Source: Candidatus Omnitrophota bacterium
GTDB lineage: Bacteria; Omnitrophota; Gorgyraeia; Aquiviventales; Aquiviventaceae
Assembly: GCA_023247255.1 (NCBI GenBank)
Contig: JAHFGV010000004.1
Location: 20,023-84,022, forward strand
DNA: 64,000 nt
Direction of reading: 5' to 3'
Below the pieces are notes generated by a model. The model was not told the DNA's origin, made no database searches, and saw nothing but the letters and a program-made list of their open reading frames with translations. This document shows positions 23,272 to 31,916 of this stretch, in pieces (position 1 is the stretch's first letter; every line of letters begins with the position of its first letter). The position numbers were made by a program, and so were the translations under genes.

Positions 23272-25977
23272 CTATCGGGGAACTGGCCGTACAAAGATAG
23301 TATCTCCATGCTCTAACGAAAGTGGCTCCTGGACCTCTCCCTGAATATAGGCAATCGCCAATCCTGAGCTGTCGATCTCGGTAACCTCGACTTCAAGGTT
23401 AGATTGACGGCCGGTATCCAGAAGGAGTCGCTCACCTTCTTGGACGTCTTCGAGTCCTCTGAGGATTACAAATCCCAACTCTGTGCTGATTCCAATGACT
23501 TCGATGACAGAGCTGCCTTTAGTGGGAGGGCTTGACTGTTTATCCATCGCTCTTTTATCTATGGAAGACTGTAATGGAACGGACCCGGTTTTATGGGCAG
23601 CCGCAGATTCATACTGGGTGAGCTTGGCCTCTCGTTTCGCAATCTGCTCTTTAAGCTGCGTGATGTAGCGTTCCTGCGAAGCAATCTGTTCGAGGGCACT
23701 TGAAAGTTGCGAGTCAGACTCGTGGAGCCCAACGGGATGAGCCTGTGGCACCGGTAAGTCCGCTTCGAGTGAGGCGACATCTCGCCCACCCAGTCGGCCC
23801 TGCACTGCCGTGTCGGCCATGGCTTTCGGCCTTGGCGCAACGGCGGGATTAACGTACTGCACCGAGTGCGATTCGAACAAACGCTTATCAAAACCAGCTA
23901 CCGTCGTCGCATGTATATTTTGACTGGCACGTAGCAGCTCAATCTCTTTGGCCAACTCGCGCTCACGCGTTCGTGACTGTGCCCATTGGCGTTGGAGTTG
24001 CTCCAGTTGCTCTGTAAGATGCGAACGGTCCGCCTGAAAACGCAAGAGATCTTGTTCACGGCTCATCAAAGCGTCAGTAGATTCTTTGAGTTGGCTTTCC
24101 AATTCGGCAACCCGTTGTTGAGATCGACTCAGGCTTTCTTTCAACTGCAAATGAGACTTGCGACTCGGCTCAACATCTTCAGAAAACTTTGCATACTTGT
24201 CCTCTGCAACCGTCAATTGTCGGGTAAGCACCTCTACGCGTTCTTGATACTGATGCTGAGTCGTTTCCAGCTGACTGACTTGTTTCGTCCAATGATCACG
24301 AAGAGAATCCACTCCTTTGATGAGCTGAGTCTGCGCTTGTTGCGCCTCTGTCAATTGTGCGGTACGCGCGTGAAGCATTTGTTGCAGTTGCTGATCGTGG
24401 GTCTTCAACGTATCCCTCTCGGATTTAAGCGCTGTGGCGATCTGACTCAACTGGTTGTGCTCCTGCTGACCATCCGCAACCACCCTCTGAAGCTCCGCAA
24501 CCTTCTGCCGCATCCCTTGAAGCTCATCGGTCAGAGTTTGCATACGGACTTTTTCTACCTTTGCATCTTCCATCACCCGGGCTAATTCCCTCTGCGACTG
24601 ATCCAGTGCCTGATTGAGTCGTTGCCCTGTTGCGCGGATTTGTTGAAGATCAACAGCGTCTTTTCTTGCGTTTTCGAGCCGAACCTGGGCATCCTTGAGT
24701 GCCGTCGTCAGCTCTTGATTCGATTGTTCAAAACTACTGGCTGTCTGAGTCTGCGCCTTGAGTTGTTCACTGAGTGTTGCATTCGCCTGCTGGAGTTCGA
24801 GCAGCTCATCCATCGCCTGCTGCCATTGTTCTTGTAGAGACGTCAATGCCGCTCGCGCAGTCACCGACTCTTCCTGCCGGTAAGTCAACTCCGTCCGTAA
24901 CTCCTCCCGACGGCCTTCCCATTGAGCCAGCTGCTGGCTGCTTGCGTCTAATTTACTCTGGGCGGATTCTAGGGCTTCCGTTAATTGAACGTTAGTCTGC
25001 TGCACAGTTTCCGATTCCTTCTTCAACTTCCCATTAACTTCTCGCAGACCTCCCAAATCCTGCTGCCGCTCGGTGAGTAATGCCTGAAGCTGCGTCAATT
25101 GCTGCTGCGTGTGCTGCTGGCTGTCCTGTAGCATATGAGAATTTTCTTTTTCGGTAAGCAACGCCTGAAGAAGTCGCTGGCGATCCCGTCCTACCTTGAG
25201 TAACTCTTGACCCAACTGTTGGGTCTGTTGGGTTTTACCGGTTAATGCCTCTCGTAATTGCTTGATCTGTTGTTGGTTACCCGAAACCCGTTGCCGCAGT
25301 ACAGTCGCTTCTTTCTCTTGAGTCTCACGTCGAGCCTGGAGTCCTGCGAGTTGGTCATTCAGTTGCCGTAACGCCTCTTGCACCTGGGTCAGCACCTCTG
25401 TTTTCCGAGTCAGTTGTTCGTCTAAAGACGCTTTAGCCTCTTTCACAGTGGCCAGTTCTGCTTGCGCCGCTAGACTCTCCTTGCCCAAACGCGATGATTC
25501 ACTCTGAAGCTCATCGAAACGGGTCTGGAGCTGAGCCATCGCCTCCTGAGCTTGATGCAGCGCTTCCTCCTTGAAGGTCAACGTTTCTTGCAATTGCTGG
25601 CTTACCTCGGCCCGTTCTTTCACGGCACGTTCATAGTCACTTTGGAGCTGGCGCAATCGATCTTGAGACGATGCTGCCTGTTCCTTATATGTGGTCAGAT
25701 CGGTGGTTGCTCGACTGAGATTGGCTTCTGTATTTGACAAAGCCTGCGCCAACTGTTTCCGCTCCTGCTCACTGTCTTCGAGACTCGCGGTAAGCCCTCT
25801 CAAAGCATCATAGACCGACTCTTCGTTCTGGCCCGTGCGTGTGACAGGCTCACCCGAAACAAAGGACATCCAAGACAAACTCCCGATAATCACAAGTCCA
25901 AACAATGTCTTCCGGAACCTTACTTTCATCGGTTGTCCAATTTCATCTTTATTGAGAAATAATAAGGGTTGTTTCAT
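23272..25977 (-). CDS. long coiled-coil envelope protein (901 aa) with N-terminal signal/TM, C-terminal PilP/GspC-like beta domain, and an in-frame family-A element
   Basis: N-terminal hydrophobic segment (LFGLVIIGSLSWMSFVSG) and ~650 aa of heptad-rich Q/E/L/R coiled coil. Residues ~705-745 (NPAVAPRPKAMADTAVQGRLGGRDVASLEADLPVPQAHPVGL) are encoded by the family-A element at 23735-23860. The C-terminal tail is a beta-domain (GFVILRGLEDVQEGERLLLDTG...GDTIFVRP). Confidence 0.7.
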   Translation of the reverse strand: MKQPLLFLNKDEIGQPMKVRFRKTLFGLVIIGSLSWMSFVSGEPVTRTGQNEESVYDALRGLTASLEDSEQERKQLAQALSNTEANLSRATTDLTTYKEQAASSQDRLRQLQSDYERAVKERAEVSQQLQETLTFKEEALHQAQEAMAQLQTRFDELQSESSRLGKESLAAQAELATVKEAKASLDEQLTRKTEVLTQVQEALRQLNDQLAGLQARRETQEKEATVLRQRVSGNQQQIKQLREALTGKTQQTQQLGQELLKVGRDRQRLLQALLTEKENSHMLQDSQQHTQQQLTQLQALLTERQQDLGGLREVNGKLKKESETVQQTNVQLTEALESAQSKLDASSQQLAQWEGRREELRTELTYRQEESVTARAALTSLQEQWQQAMDELLELQQANATLSEQLKAQTQTASSFEQSNQELTTALKDAQVRLENARKDAVDLQQIRATGQRLNQALDQSQRELARVMEDAKVEKVRMQTLTDELQGMRQKVAELQRVVADGQQEHNQLSQIATALKSERDTLKTHDQQLQQMLHARTAQLTEAQQAQTQLIKGVDSLRDHWTKQVSQLETTQHQYQERVEVLTRQLTVAEDKYAKFSEDVEPSRKSHLQLKESLSRSQQRVAELESQLKESTDALMSREQDLLRFQADRSHLTEQLEQLQRQWAQSRTRERELAKEIELLRASQNIHATTVAGFDKRLFESHSVQYVNPAVAPRPKAMADTAVQGRLGGRDVASLEADLPVPQAHPVGLHESDSQLSSALEQIASQERYITQLKEQIAKREAKLTQYESAAAHKTGSVPLQSSIDKRAMDKQSSPPTKGSSVIEVIGISTELGFVILRGLEDVQEGERLLLDTGRQSNLEVEVTEIDSSGLAIAYIQGEVQEPLSLEHGDTIFVRPVPR

Positions 25978-26114
25978 GTTTTATGAATTATGTGTTCTTT
26001 TTCATGACACATAACACATGACTCATGAAACAGACGTGAGTATTGCCTTAGAAGATTTACTTTCTTCTTGGCCCTCGGCCCCTAGCCTCGATGCCTTTTG
26101 CAACACCTCAGACA

Positions 26115-26804
26115 CTAGCGACCGAACCATCCCTTGCGTTTCTTGGAAGCTGGTTTTTCCGAGGACGGAGTCGGTGACTGTATCGCTGATGACTGATCTT
26201 GAACCTGCTTTTGAACCGCTGATTTTTCTACGGCGTGCTTTCCTGCTGCCGAATTGCTATTGCTTCGTTGACCGGAAAAAGAAAAATCCTCTGCATTTCC
26301 CTCGAGGGGATGCTTGCTGACTATCCCTCGCATGGCCGAATCATGAAGCTCCCCTCGCCAAAACACGACCCCTTCGTTTTCTTTGGTTTGCATCGTCTCC
26401 CAAACCACCATCCCGTCGTCTCCAATAGTAATCGTATAGTTGGATGATGGATACCCCTCCTTCATCAACCGTTTAGATGAGACTTTGGCAGAATCAAACT
26501 GTATGGTATCTTGTCGAGTCTTGAGTGGCTCGCCAGGGGATATCGCAGTAAGTTCCAATGTCCATTCGGTCCCATTTAATTGAACCCGTATTTCCTCCTC
26601 AGCTGATTGGGGTCTTGCTGAAGTTGTTTCAGTCGTTGCCGAAGCAGGAGAATCTGCGATTGTGTCTGCTACGGAAACAACTGAGCCGGCCGATAGACTT
26701 CCTTGCGGTTTAGCATCCTCCGCACGTACCGTTACGATAGGAAGATGAATTAAGACACTGCTTAAAAGAACCCACACTACAATCTGCATCCTCCGTTGCA
26801 TCAT
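26115..26804 (-). CDS. secreted hypothetical protein (229 aa) with a domain paralogous to the C-terminus of the RAYT-like fusion protein
   Basis: Signal peptide (MQIVVWVLLSSVLIHLPIVTVRA). The block IQFDSAKVSSKRL...SSNYTITIGDDGMVVWETMQTKENEGVVFWRGELHDSAMRGIV aligns to LQFEAGKVTSTSL...SSNYSLSVQSDGTILWETMQTGPRGEIICWRGEWDGRTMHGIL in the 21427..22857 protein. Confidence 0.6.
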   Translation of the reverse strand: MMQRRMQIVVWVLLSSVLIHLPIVTVRAEDAKPQGSLSAGSVVSVADTIADSPASATTETTSARPQSAEEEIRVQLNGTEWTLELTAISPGEPLKTRQDTIQFDSAKVSSKRLMKEGYPSSNYTITIGDDGMVVWETMQTKENEGVVFWRGELHDSAMRGIVSKHPLEGNAEDFSFSGQRSNSNSAAGKHAVEKSAVQKQVQDQSSAIQSPTPSSEKPASKKRKGWFGR

Positions 26805-26863
26805 TGCGACCTTTCCTCCTTATCTTTTCTCTGTTCGGGGGTTTGACACTCTAACCGGCACGA

Positions 26864-28030
26864 TCACTCCAAACGTTCTTCTCCCTCCCATGCCCGCCAG
26901 GTAGCGATATACTGTTTGGCCCAGCTCACATCCTCCCCCTTTGGGCTTACTGCTAAATAACGCTGAAAATACTTGATCGCCTTCTCTCGGTCAAGCAGAT
27001 GTTCCGCGTAGACAATCCCTAAGTTGTAGTAAGCACCTGAGTCGTCCGGCCTCAGCTCGATCACTTTCTTAAATTCTTTTGAGGCTCGGACATAGTCCTT
27101 TTTTTTTACGAACATGACCCCCATATTATAATGGGTATCGGCAAGATCCCGGATGAGTCGCTCGTGTTCTTTGGCAATGGTCCCTACTTCTTTGGGTAAA
27201 GCGTTTACCTGGCGCCTCAATGAAGCGTTTTCGGACACTTGTTGAGTATATTGATTTTGAAGATCCTCTAAACGTTGCTCAAACTTCGTAAGGTCTTTCG
27301 CAGTAGTAGCTTCTCGCTGGGATGCTGTTTGAAGGGACCGTTTGGCATCGCGAAGTTCCCTTTGAAGAACCGTCTGTTTCTTGGCCATCTGCGTCAAACG
27401 CAAGCGCAGGGCTTTTTCCTGGGAACGCTGTTTGACATCCTGGAGTTGTTTTTCAAGCGTTTCACGTTCTTGAAGAAGCCGCGTCTGGGCCGTTTGAAGA
27501 ATCGTTACCTGCTCCTTAAGCGGCGTGAGTCGATACAACAGCTCCGAGCGTTGTTGTCCGGTTCGCTGAAGCAGCTGTTCGAGAAGACTGCGTTCCGCCT
27601 CTGCCTGGGTGTGTTGTTGTGCGATGCGTTGTACCTGGGTTAAAAGATTATCCCGGTCACTGGTAATCTGTTCGTATTGCTGGGAGAGATTCGCGTAGCG
27701 CTGTTGCATATCTTGAAACTGATGTCCAACCCAGGCGCTTTGCTCTTGAGCGATTAGGCGTTGGACATCTGTCAAACGAAGTTCCGCGTTGAACGCCTGC
27801 CAGGCACAAACCCCACCGATAACGACCGTAGCTGCCGATACAAAAGCGATGATTGCCCAAATCGTTACCTTGCCCTTTAATCCTAAATGGAACCCCACAG
27901 GATGAGCCTGTGGCATCGGTAAGTCTGCCCCGATGGAACCGACATCCCGCCCACCCATCGGCCTCTGTACTGCCGTGCCGCCCACGGACGAAGACCGTGG
28001 CACAATGGCGAGGTTGCGAGAGAAAATCAT
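26864..28030 (-). CDS. FimV/HubP-like membrane protein: N-terminal family-A-encoded peptide, TM helix, coiled coil, C-terminal TPR repeats
   Basis: N-terminus is MIFSRNLAIVPRSSSVGGTAVQRPMGGRDVGSIGADLPMPQAHPVGF (element-encoded), followed by a TM helix (VTIWAIIAFVSAATVVIGGVCAW), coiled coil, then TPR-like HYNMGVMFVKKKDYVRASKEFKKVIELRPDDSGAYYNLGIVYAEHLLDREKAIKYFQRYLAV. Its ATG overlaps the secretin stop (ATGA). Confidence 0.6.
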   Translation of the reverse strand: MIFSRNLAIVPRSSSVGGTAVQRPMGGRDVGSIGADLPMPQAHPVGFHLGLKGKVTIWAIIAFVSAATVVIGGVCAWQAFNAELRLTDVQRLIAQEQSAWVGHQFQDMQQRYANLSQQYEQITSDRDNLLTQVQRIAQQHTQAEAERSLLEQLLQRTGQQRSELLYRLTPLKEQVTILQTAQTRLLQERETLEKQLQDVKQRSQEKALRLRLTQMAKKQTVLQRELRDAKRSLQTASQREATTAKDLTKFEQRLEDLQNQYTQQVSENASLRRQVNALPKEVGTIAKEHERLIRDLADTHYNMGVMFVKKKDYVRASKEFKKVIELRPDDSGAYYNLGIVYAEHLLDREKAIKYFQRYLAVSPKGEDVSWAKQYIATWRAWEGEERLE

Positions 28031-29712
28031 TTACGCGCTCCCGCAGAGGACTCATCAGACAGCGTCGGGGCATAATCGCGGTATTCATCCCGAATCGTCG
28101 ACTCGTCTCCGCTCCTCAATTCATCCCCTTCCACGATATGGGGGGTGATAAAGACGACAAGCTCCGTGAGCTGGTCATCTCGATCGGTATCCTTAAACAG
28201 CAAAGGACCCAGCAGAGGAACGTGTCCGAGATAGGGCACCTGTTTGTTCGAGAATTTTTTCTCATCCTTGCGCAATCCTCCGATCACAATCGTCGTTCCA
28301 TCTGCAACCATCACATGGGTCTCTGCGATAGAAGTGTCTACAATGGGTATTTGGTTTTTACTGGGGGTGGTCAGCGTCCGGACGACGCTGGAGACCTCTG
28401 GCTTTATCTTCATGGTGACGAACCCATCCTTGTTGATGAACGGGGTCACGGCCAATTGAATTCCGACGTCGATAAACTGAACATCCTCAGCGGTTGTCGA
28501 TGTGGTTTGTCCGGTAGTGGTCGTCGTTGTGACATAGGCCTCCCGAGTGCCCACATGAATCTTAGCTTCCTGATTCTCGGTAACTAAAAGCCGTGGGTTT
28601 GACATGATTTTCGTTTCACCCAGGGTCTGTAAATATCGGAAAAGCTCATAACCATCCCGCGAGACTGTCCCAAACAGAAGGTTGCCCAATTTGATGGATT
28701 CACCCGCACCCGAACCGGTCAGTTGGATTTCGGGAATGCGCAGCTTGTTCACCGCAGGAACCTCAGAGGGAGCGGTGCCGATTGTGGCATTCCGGAAATC
28801 CCCGAATCCCCCAGGACCGGGTTGTTCAATCCCATGAAACTTGAGATTCGAAAATACCGAATCCCAATCAATGCCAGAATCCATGCTGTTGGAATAGGCG
28901 ACCTTGACGATTTTGGCATCGATCAAAACTTCCCGCGTCTTGCGATCTAAGGCCTGAACCACTTGTTCCAGTTCTCGCATGCGCTCGGGAAACGTCTTGA
29001 TGATCAACTGATTGGTGCGCTCATCCGCCTTGATGTATCCCAACTTGTTCACCTCGATGTGCTCATTGAGCCGTTCCTCAACGTCTTTTGCTTTGGCATA
29101 CCGAAGATCGATGATGCGAGTCATCCCTCCTTGCTCCAAGGTAGCCAGAGCCCTTTCCATCTGGAGAAGATTATCGGTGGTGTCTATCACCATCACGGTC
29201 CCTGAATCCTCATCGACCAGCAATCGACCGATCTCGCTCTTAAGCGTATCCAGCAGATTAAAAGCTTGTTGGGGAATAGCATACTGAAGCCGAAACGTCT
29301 TCACTTGACGCAGATCAGAAAATTTACGGCCATAAAAGCTCCGATATTCCTCTTCGGTCATGATATTGTAGACGTTTCCTTGCTTGTCGTAGGCCAGATC
29401 GTTGCTCCTGAGGATTAAGTCGAAAACGTCCCGGATCGGAACATCGGTTAGAAAGAGATTCACGCGTCCGCTGACATTCTTGCTCATGGCAATGTTTAAA
29501 CCACCCTTTGTCGCCAGATACTTCAGGGCATCGGTCGCTTCGGTGGAACGCAAATCTAGGGATATCAACTGATCCATTCCGCTACCCACCATCTCTGGTT
29601 GAAGATCAACCGGCAGTGAAGCCAGTTCCTGATGAGAAGCTTGGACCCAACCCGTCGATAGTACGAAGATAAGTGCCGTCACCCCAATAACACGATTAAC
29701 ACGTAACGGCAT
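28027..29712 (-). CDS. pilQ: type IV pilus / T2SS secretin
   Basis: Signal peptide, N0/N1-like domains and a C-terminal secretin domain (...NPRLLVTENQEAKIHVGTREAYV...VPYLGHVPLLGPLLFKDTDRDDQLTELVVFITPHIV). Confidence 0.85.
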   Translation of the reverse strand: MPLRVNRVIGVTALIFVLSTGWVQASHQELASLPVDLQPEMVGSGMDQLISLDLRSTEATDALKYLATKGGLNIAMSKNVSGRVNLFLTDVPIRDVFDLILRSNDLAYDKQGNVYNIMTEEEYRSFYGRKFSDLRQVKTFRLQYAIPQQAFNLLDTLKSEIGRLLVDEDSGTVMVIDTTDNLLQMERALATLEQGGMTRIIDLRYAKAKDVEERLNEHIEVNKLGYIKADERTNQLIIKTFPERMRELEQVVQALDRKTREVLIDAKIVKVAYSNSMDSGIDWDSVFSNLKFHGIEQPGPGGFGDFRNATIGTAPSEVPAVNKLRIPEIQLTGSGAGESIKLGNLLFGTVSRDGYELFRYLQTLGETKIMSNPRLLVTENQEAKIHVGTREAYVTTTTTTGQTTSTTAEDVQFIDVGIQLAVTPFINKDGFVTMKIKPEVSSVVRTLTTPSKNQIPIVDTSIAETHVMVADGTTIVIGGLRKDEKKFSNKQVPYLGHVPLLGPLLFKDTDRDDQLTELVVFITPHIVEGDELRSGDESTIRDEYRDYAPTLSDESSAGARK

Positions 29713-29750
29713 TTAAGGTGTTCCTTTTCTGGAAGTGAAAAGCAAAGTTT

Positions 29751-30437
29751 CTATTGAAGGAGAATCTCTTCATGGCCATCTGTCAGCGTAACGCCTCGTT
29801 CATCAATGGACTTGACGGTGAGCCCGTTGAGCTGATCTGCCACCTTAAGAAAATGAGTACGCTGAATGCTGGAGTCTTCGATGAGGGCCTCCGGTTCTCG
29901 TCCTCGATTAATGCCGACTACCGTAAGCGTCTGGGTCAATTCTTCCAAGCGGGTTTTGCCCGACGAAGCAATAACGGCCCCCTCACTTCCGGAGCTGCTT
30001 AAACCGAAGGGGTTGCGTCGAACTAATAAATCCCGATACTGCTCGAGAGGTTTGAGCCGTTCTTCAGCGGTCAGGGTCGTAACCCGTGAAGGGTGAGAAC
30101 CCTGTACCGACCCTCCCAAAGGGGATAATGACAACGTCGGAGGCTTCAGATTGAATAGAAGCAGATCCACAATGATATAAAATCCCAAAGCTGCTAAGAT
30201 CAGCCACATCAGCCGCTGCGCCAATTGCAAGCGAATCAGCAAAGTGTCGGATCGATTGCGGGTATAGGCGTAGGAAGGAATCGCCCGCCGCCAGAGAGCC
30301 TCCCACCATACCTGAGTCTGTGCGATGAACCCGTTGAATGTCATCTGTCGGACGGATTTTCGAGGGGAACCCGAACCCACAGGCCCCTCGATCATACGCA
30401 GGAGGCGCTCTTCTGCAGTCTCTTTGGAAGTACCCAT
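29751..30437 (-). CDS. TM protein with PilP/GspC-like periplasmic beta-domain (possible GspB/ExeB-like partner of the GspA ATPase)
   Basis: TM helix (LMWLILAALGFYIIVDLLLF). The C-terminal part (TLTVVGINRGREPEALIEDSSIQRTHFLKVADQLNGLTVKSIDERGVTLTDG) matches the PilP/GspC HR-domain pattern. Start is possibly at the internal Met (~30395). Confidence 0.45.
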   Translation of the reverse strand: MGTSKETAEERLLRMIEGPVGSGSPRKSVRQMTFNGFIAQTQVWWEALWRRAIPSYAYTRNRSDTLLIRLQLAQRLMWLILAALGFYIIVDLLLFNLKPPTLSLSPLGGSVQGSHPSRVTTLTAEERLKPLEQYRDLLVRRNPFGLSSSGSEGAVIASSGKTRLEELTQTLTVVGINRGREPEALIEDSSIQRTHFLKVADQLNGLTVKSIDERGVTLTDGHEEILLQ

Positions 30438-31330
30438 CCCGCATCCACTTCTTCATGCACCAGTTCTTCGACGATATCCTCTTCAATCACACGGTCCTTG
30501 CGCATAACCAGCGCTCGAAGCGCCCGGTGACAGAGCATCGCGATGCGTCGAGGATAGCCTTCGGAATATTCGTGGATGGCTTCGACGGCGTCATCGGTAA
30601 ACAACCCCAGTGACGAACGGTAGCCCGCTTCACGCAGTCGAAACTGAATCATGTCTTTGGTTTGATTGACGTCTAATGGCTCCAAGGTTGCCTTAAGACT
30701 GATGCGATCGTAGAGATTAGGCATCCGAATCAGCAACGGTAATAACTCCATCTGGCCTAATAGCACCAGCTGCAACAACTTGGCTTCGTTCGTCTCGTAA
30801 TTCAGCAATATCCGCAACACCTCCAAAGACATCCCGTTTAACTTATGCGCTTCATCAATAATAAGGACTACCGTCTGACGTTCTTGAACCGCTTTATGAA
30901 ACAGATAGCGCTCCAGAAATTCTCGGTAATCCACCAACGTGGGAACCTGCGAGGATAGCTCGATCCCTAAGGTCCGGATCAAGCTGCTGAAAAACAAATC
31001 TTCGGAGGGATAGGTGGGATCTAAGACGAGATGGAAACTGAACACCTCGCGTTCCTTGAGCATCTGGATCAGTTTCCTGGCCAGCGTGGTTTTACCGGTT
31101 CCGATATCACCAAGCACGACACTCAATCCGCGCTTGAGTCGGAATTCGATGAGCAAATTGGCCAGGACAATCCGGTGCTTTGGAGATTGATAAAAGAAGG
31201 CGGGATCAGGACTGGTGGAAAACGGTTCTCGGTCAAGTCCTAGAACGCGGTAATAACTCATTCCCCGGTTTTTTACCAATGGCTGGATGAGTGCTCCGGA
31301 ACGTAGCCTCCGGCATCCACTCGCCGCCAC
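30392..31330 (-). CDS. gspA: GspA/ExeA-like AAA ATPase (AAA_22)
   Basis: YYRVLGLDREPFSTSPDPAFFYQSPKHRIVLANLL...VVLGDIGTGKTTLARKL (Walker A) and VLIIDEAHKL (Walker B). The likely start is MSYYRVLG at ~31261. Confidence 0.75.
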   Translation of the reverse strand: MAASGCRRLRSGALIQPLVKNRGMSYYRVLGLDREPFSTSPDPAFFYQSPKHRIVLANLLIEFRLKRGLSVVLGDIGTGKTTLARKLIQMLKEREVFSFHLVLDPTYPSEDLFFSSLIRTLGIELSSQVPTLVDYREFLERYLFHKAVQERQTVVLIIDEAHKLNGMSLEVLRILLNYETNEAKLLQLVLLGQMELLPLLIRMPNLYDRISLKATLEPLDVNQTKDMIQFRLREAGYRSSLGLFTDDAVEAIHEYSEGYPRRIAMLCHRALRALVMRKDRVIEEDIVEELVHEEVDAGWVLPKRLQKSASCV

Positions 31331-31556
31331 CGACCAGACGGTTCCTCAGAACAGTCTGGCCAGCGCATCCGTGAATCCAAGTCACACGTACCGTCGGTGG
31401 TCACAACCGTGTGGCTCCACCGTTGATCATCAGCTGCGGCGTCGTTGCCCGGGTGTCAGCGACGCCGCCCTTCGGCCTCCATACTCCCTACGTACAGAAG
31501 ACGTTAGCAAATTTATCTATCCTTGTCTAGGACAAAGTTTAGGGATACAGCCGGCG

Positions 31557-31916
31557 TCAGTCGGCCGGCAGGCGGTCCCCTGTCCGCACGGTTTCGCGTC
31601 GCAGCCCCTGCTCCACAACGATACTATCCGGCTGGATGGCGATGACCTGCCATGTGCCCACCCTCTGACCCAAGCGTACAGGTTCTCCATCGACAAGCGC
31701 AAGCGGGCTCTTCATATCCCACAAGATTCCGGTGAGCAACGCCTGAGCCTGCGAATCGATGGATTGACGCGGACCAAACATAAAGGGATCCCGCAGTTCC
31801 TCAGCCTCCAGAGGAAATTCCACCCCACACAACCCCATTCCCAACAAGAGACCTATCCTCAAAAGTGGGTTCTTCCTAAGACCTTTGAGACAGAATCGGC
31901 TAGGAACCATGGACAT
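31557..31916 (-). CDS. pilP: PilP-like pilus assembly lipoprotein
   Basis: Signal/lipobox-like N-terminus (LLLGMGLCG). The C-terminal part (LTGILWDMKSPLALVDGEPVRLGQRVGTWQVIAIQPDSIVVEQG) matches the PilP beta-domain. Sits in the pilM-N-O-P-Q gene order. Confidence 0.55.
   Translation of the reverse strand: MSMVPSRFCLKGLRKNPLLRIGLLLGMGLCGVEFPLEAEELRDPFMFGPRQSIDSQAQALLTGILWDMKSPLALVDGEPVRLGQRVGTWQVIAIQPDSIVVEQGLRRETVRTGDRLPAD

Noticed and set aside
27657-28088. 143-aa minus-strand ORF overlapping the start of the 388-aa gene and the end of pilQ
   Set aside because: It reads the family-A element in another frame, and the product is Arg/Cys-rich low-complexity. It overlaps two well-supported genes.
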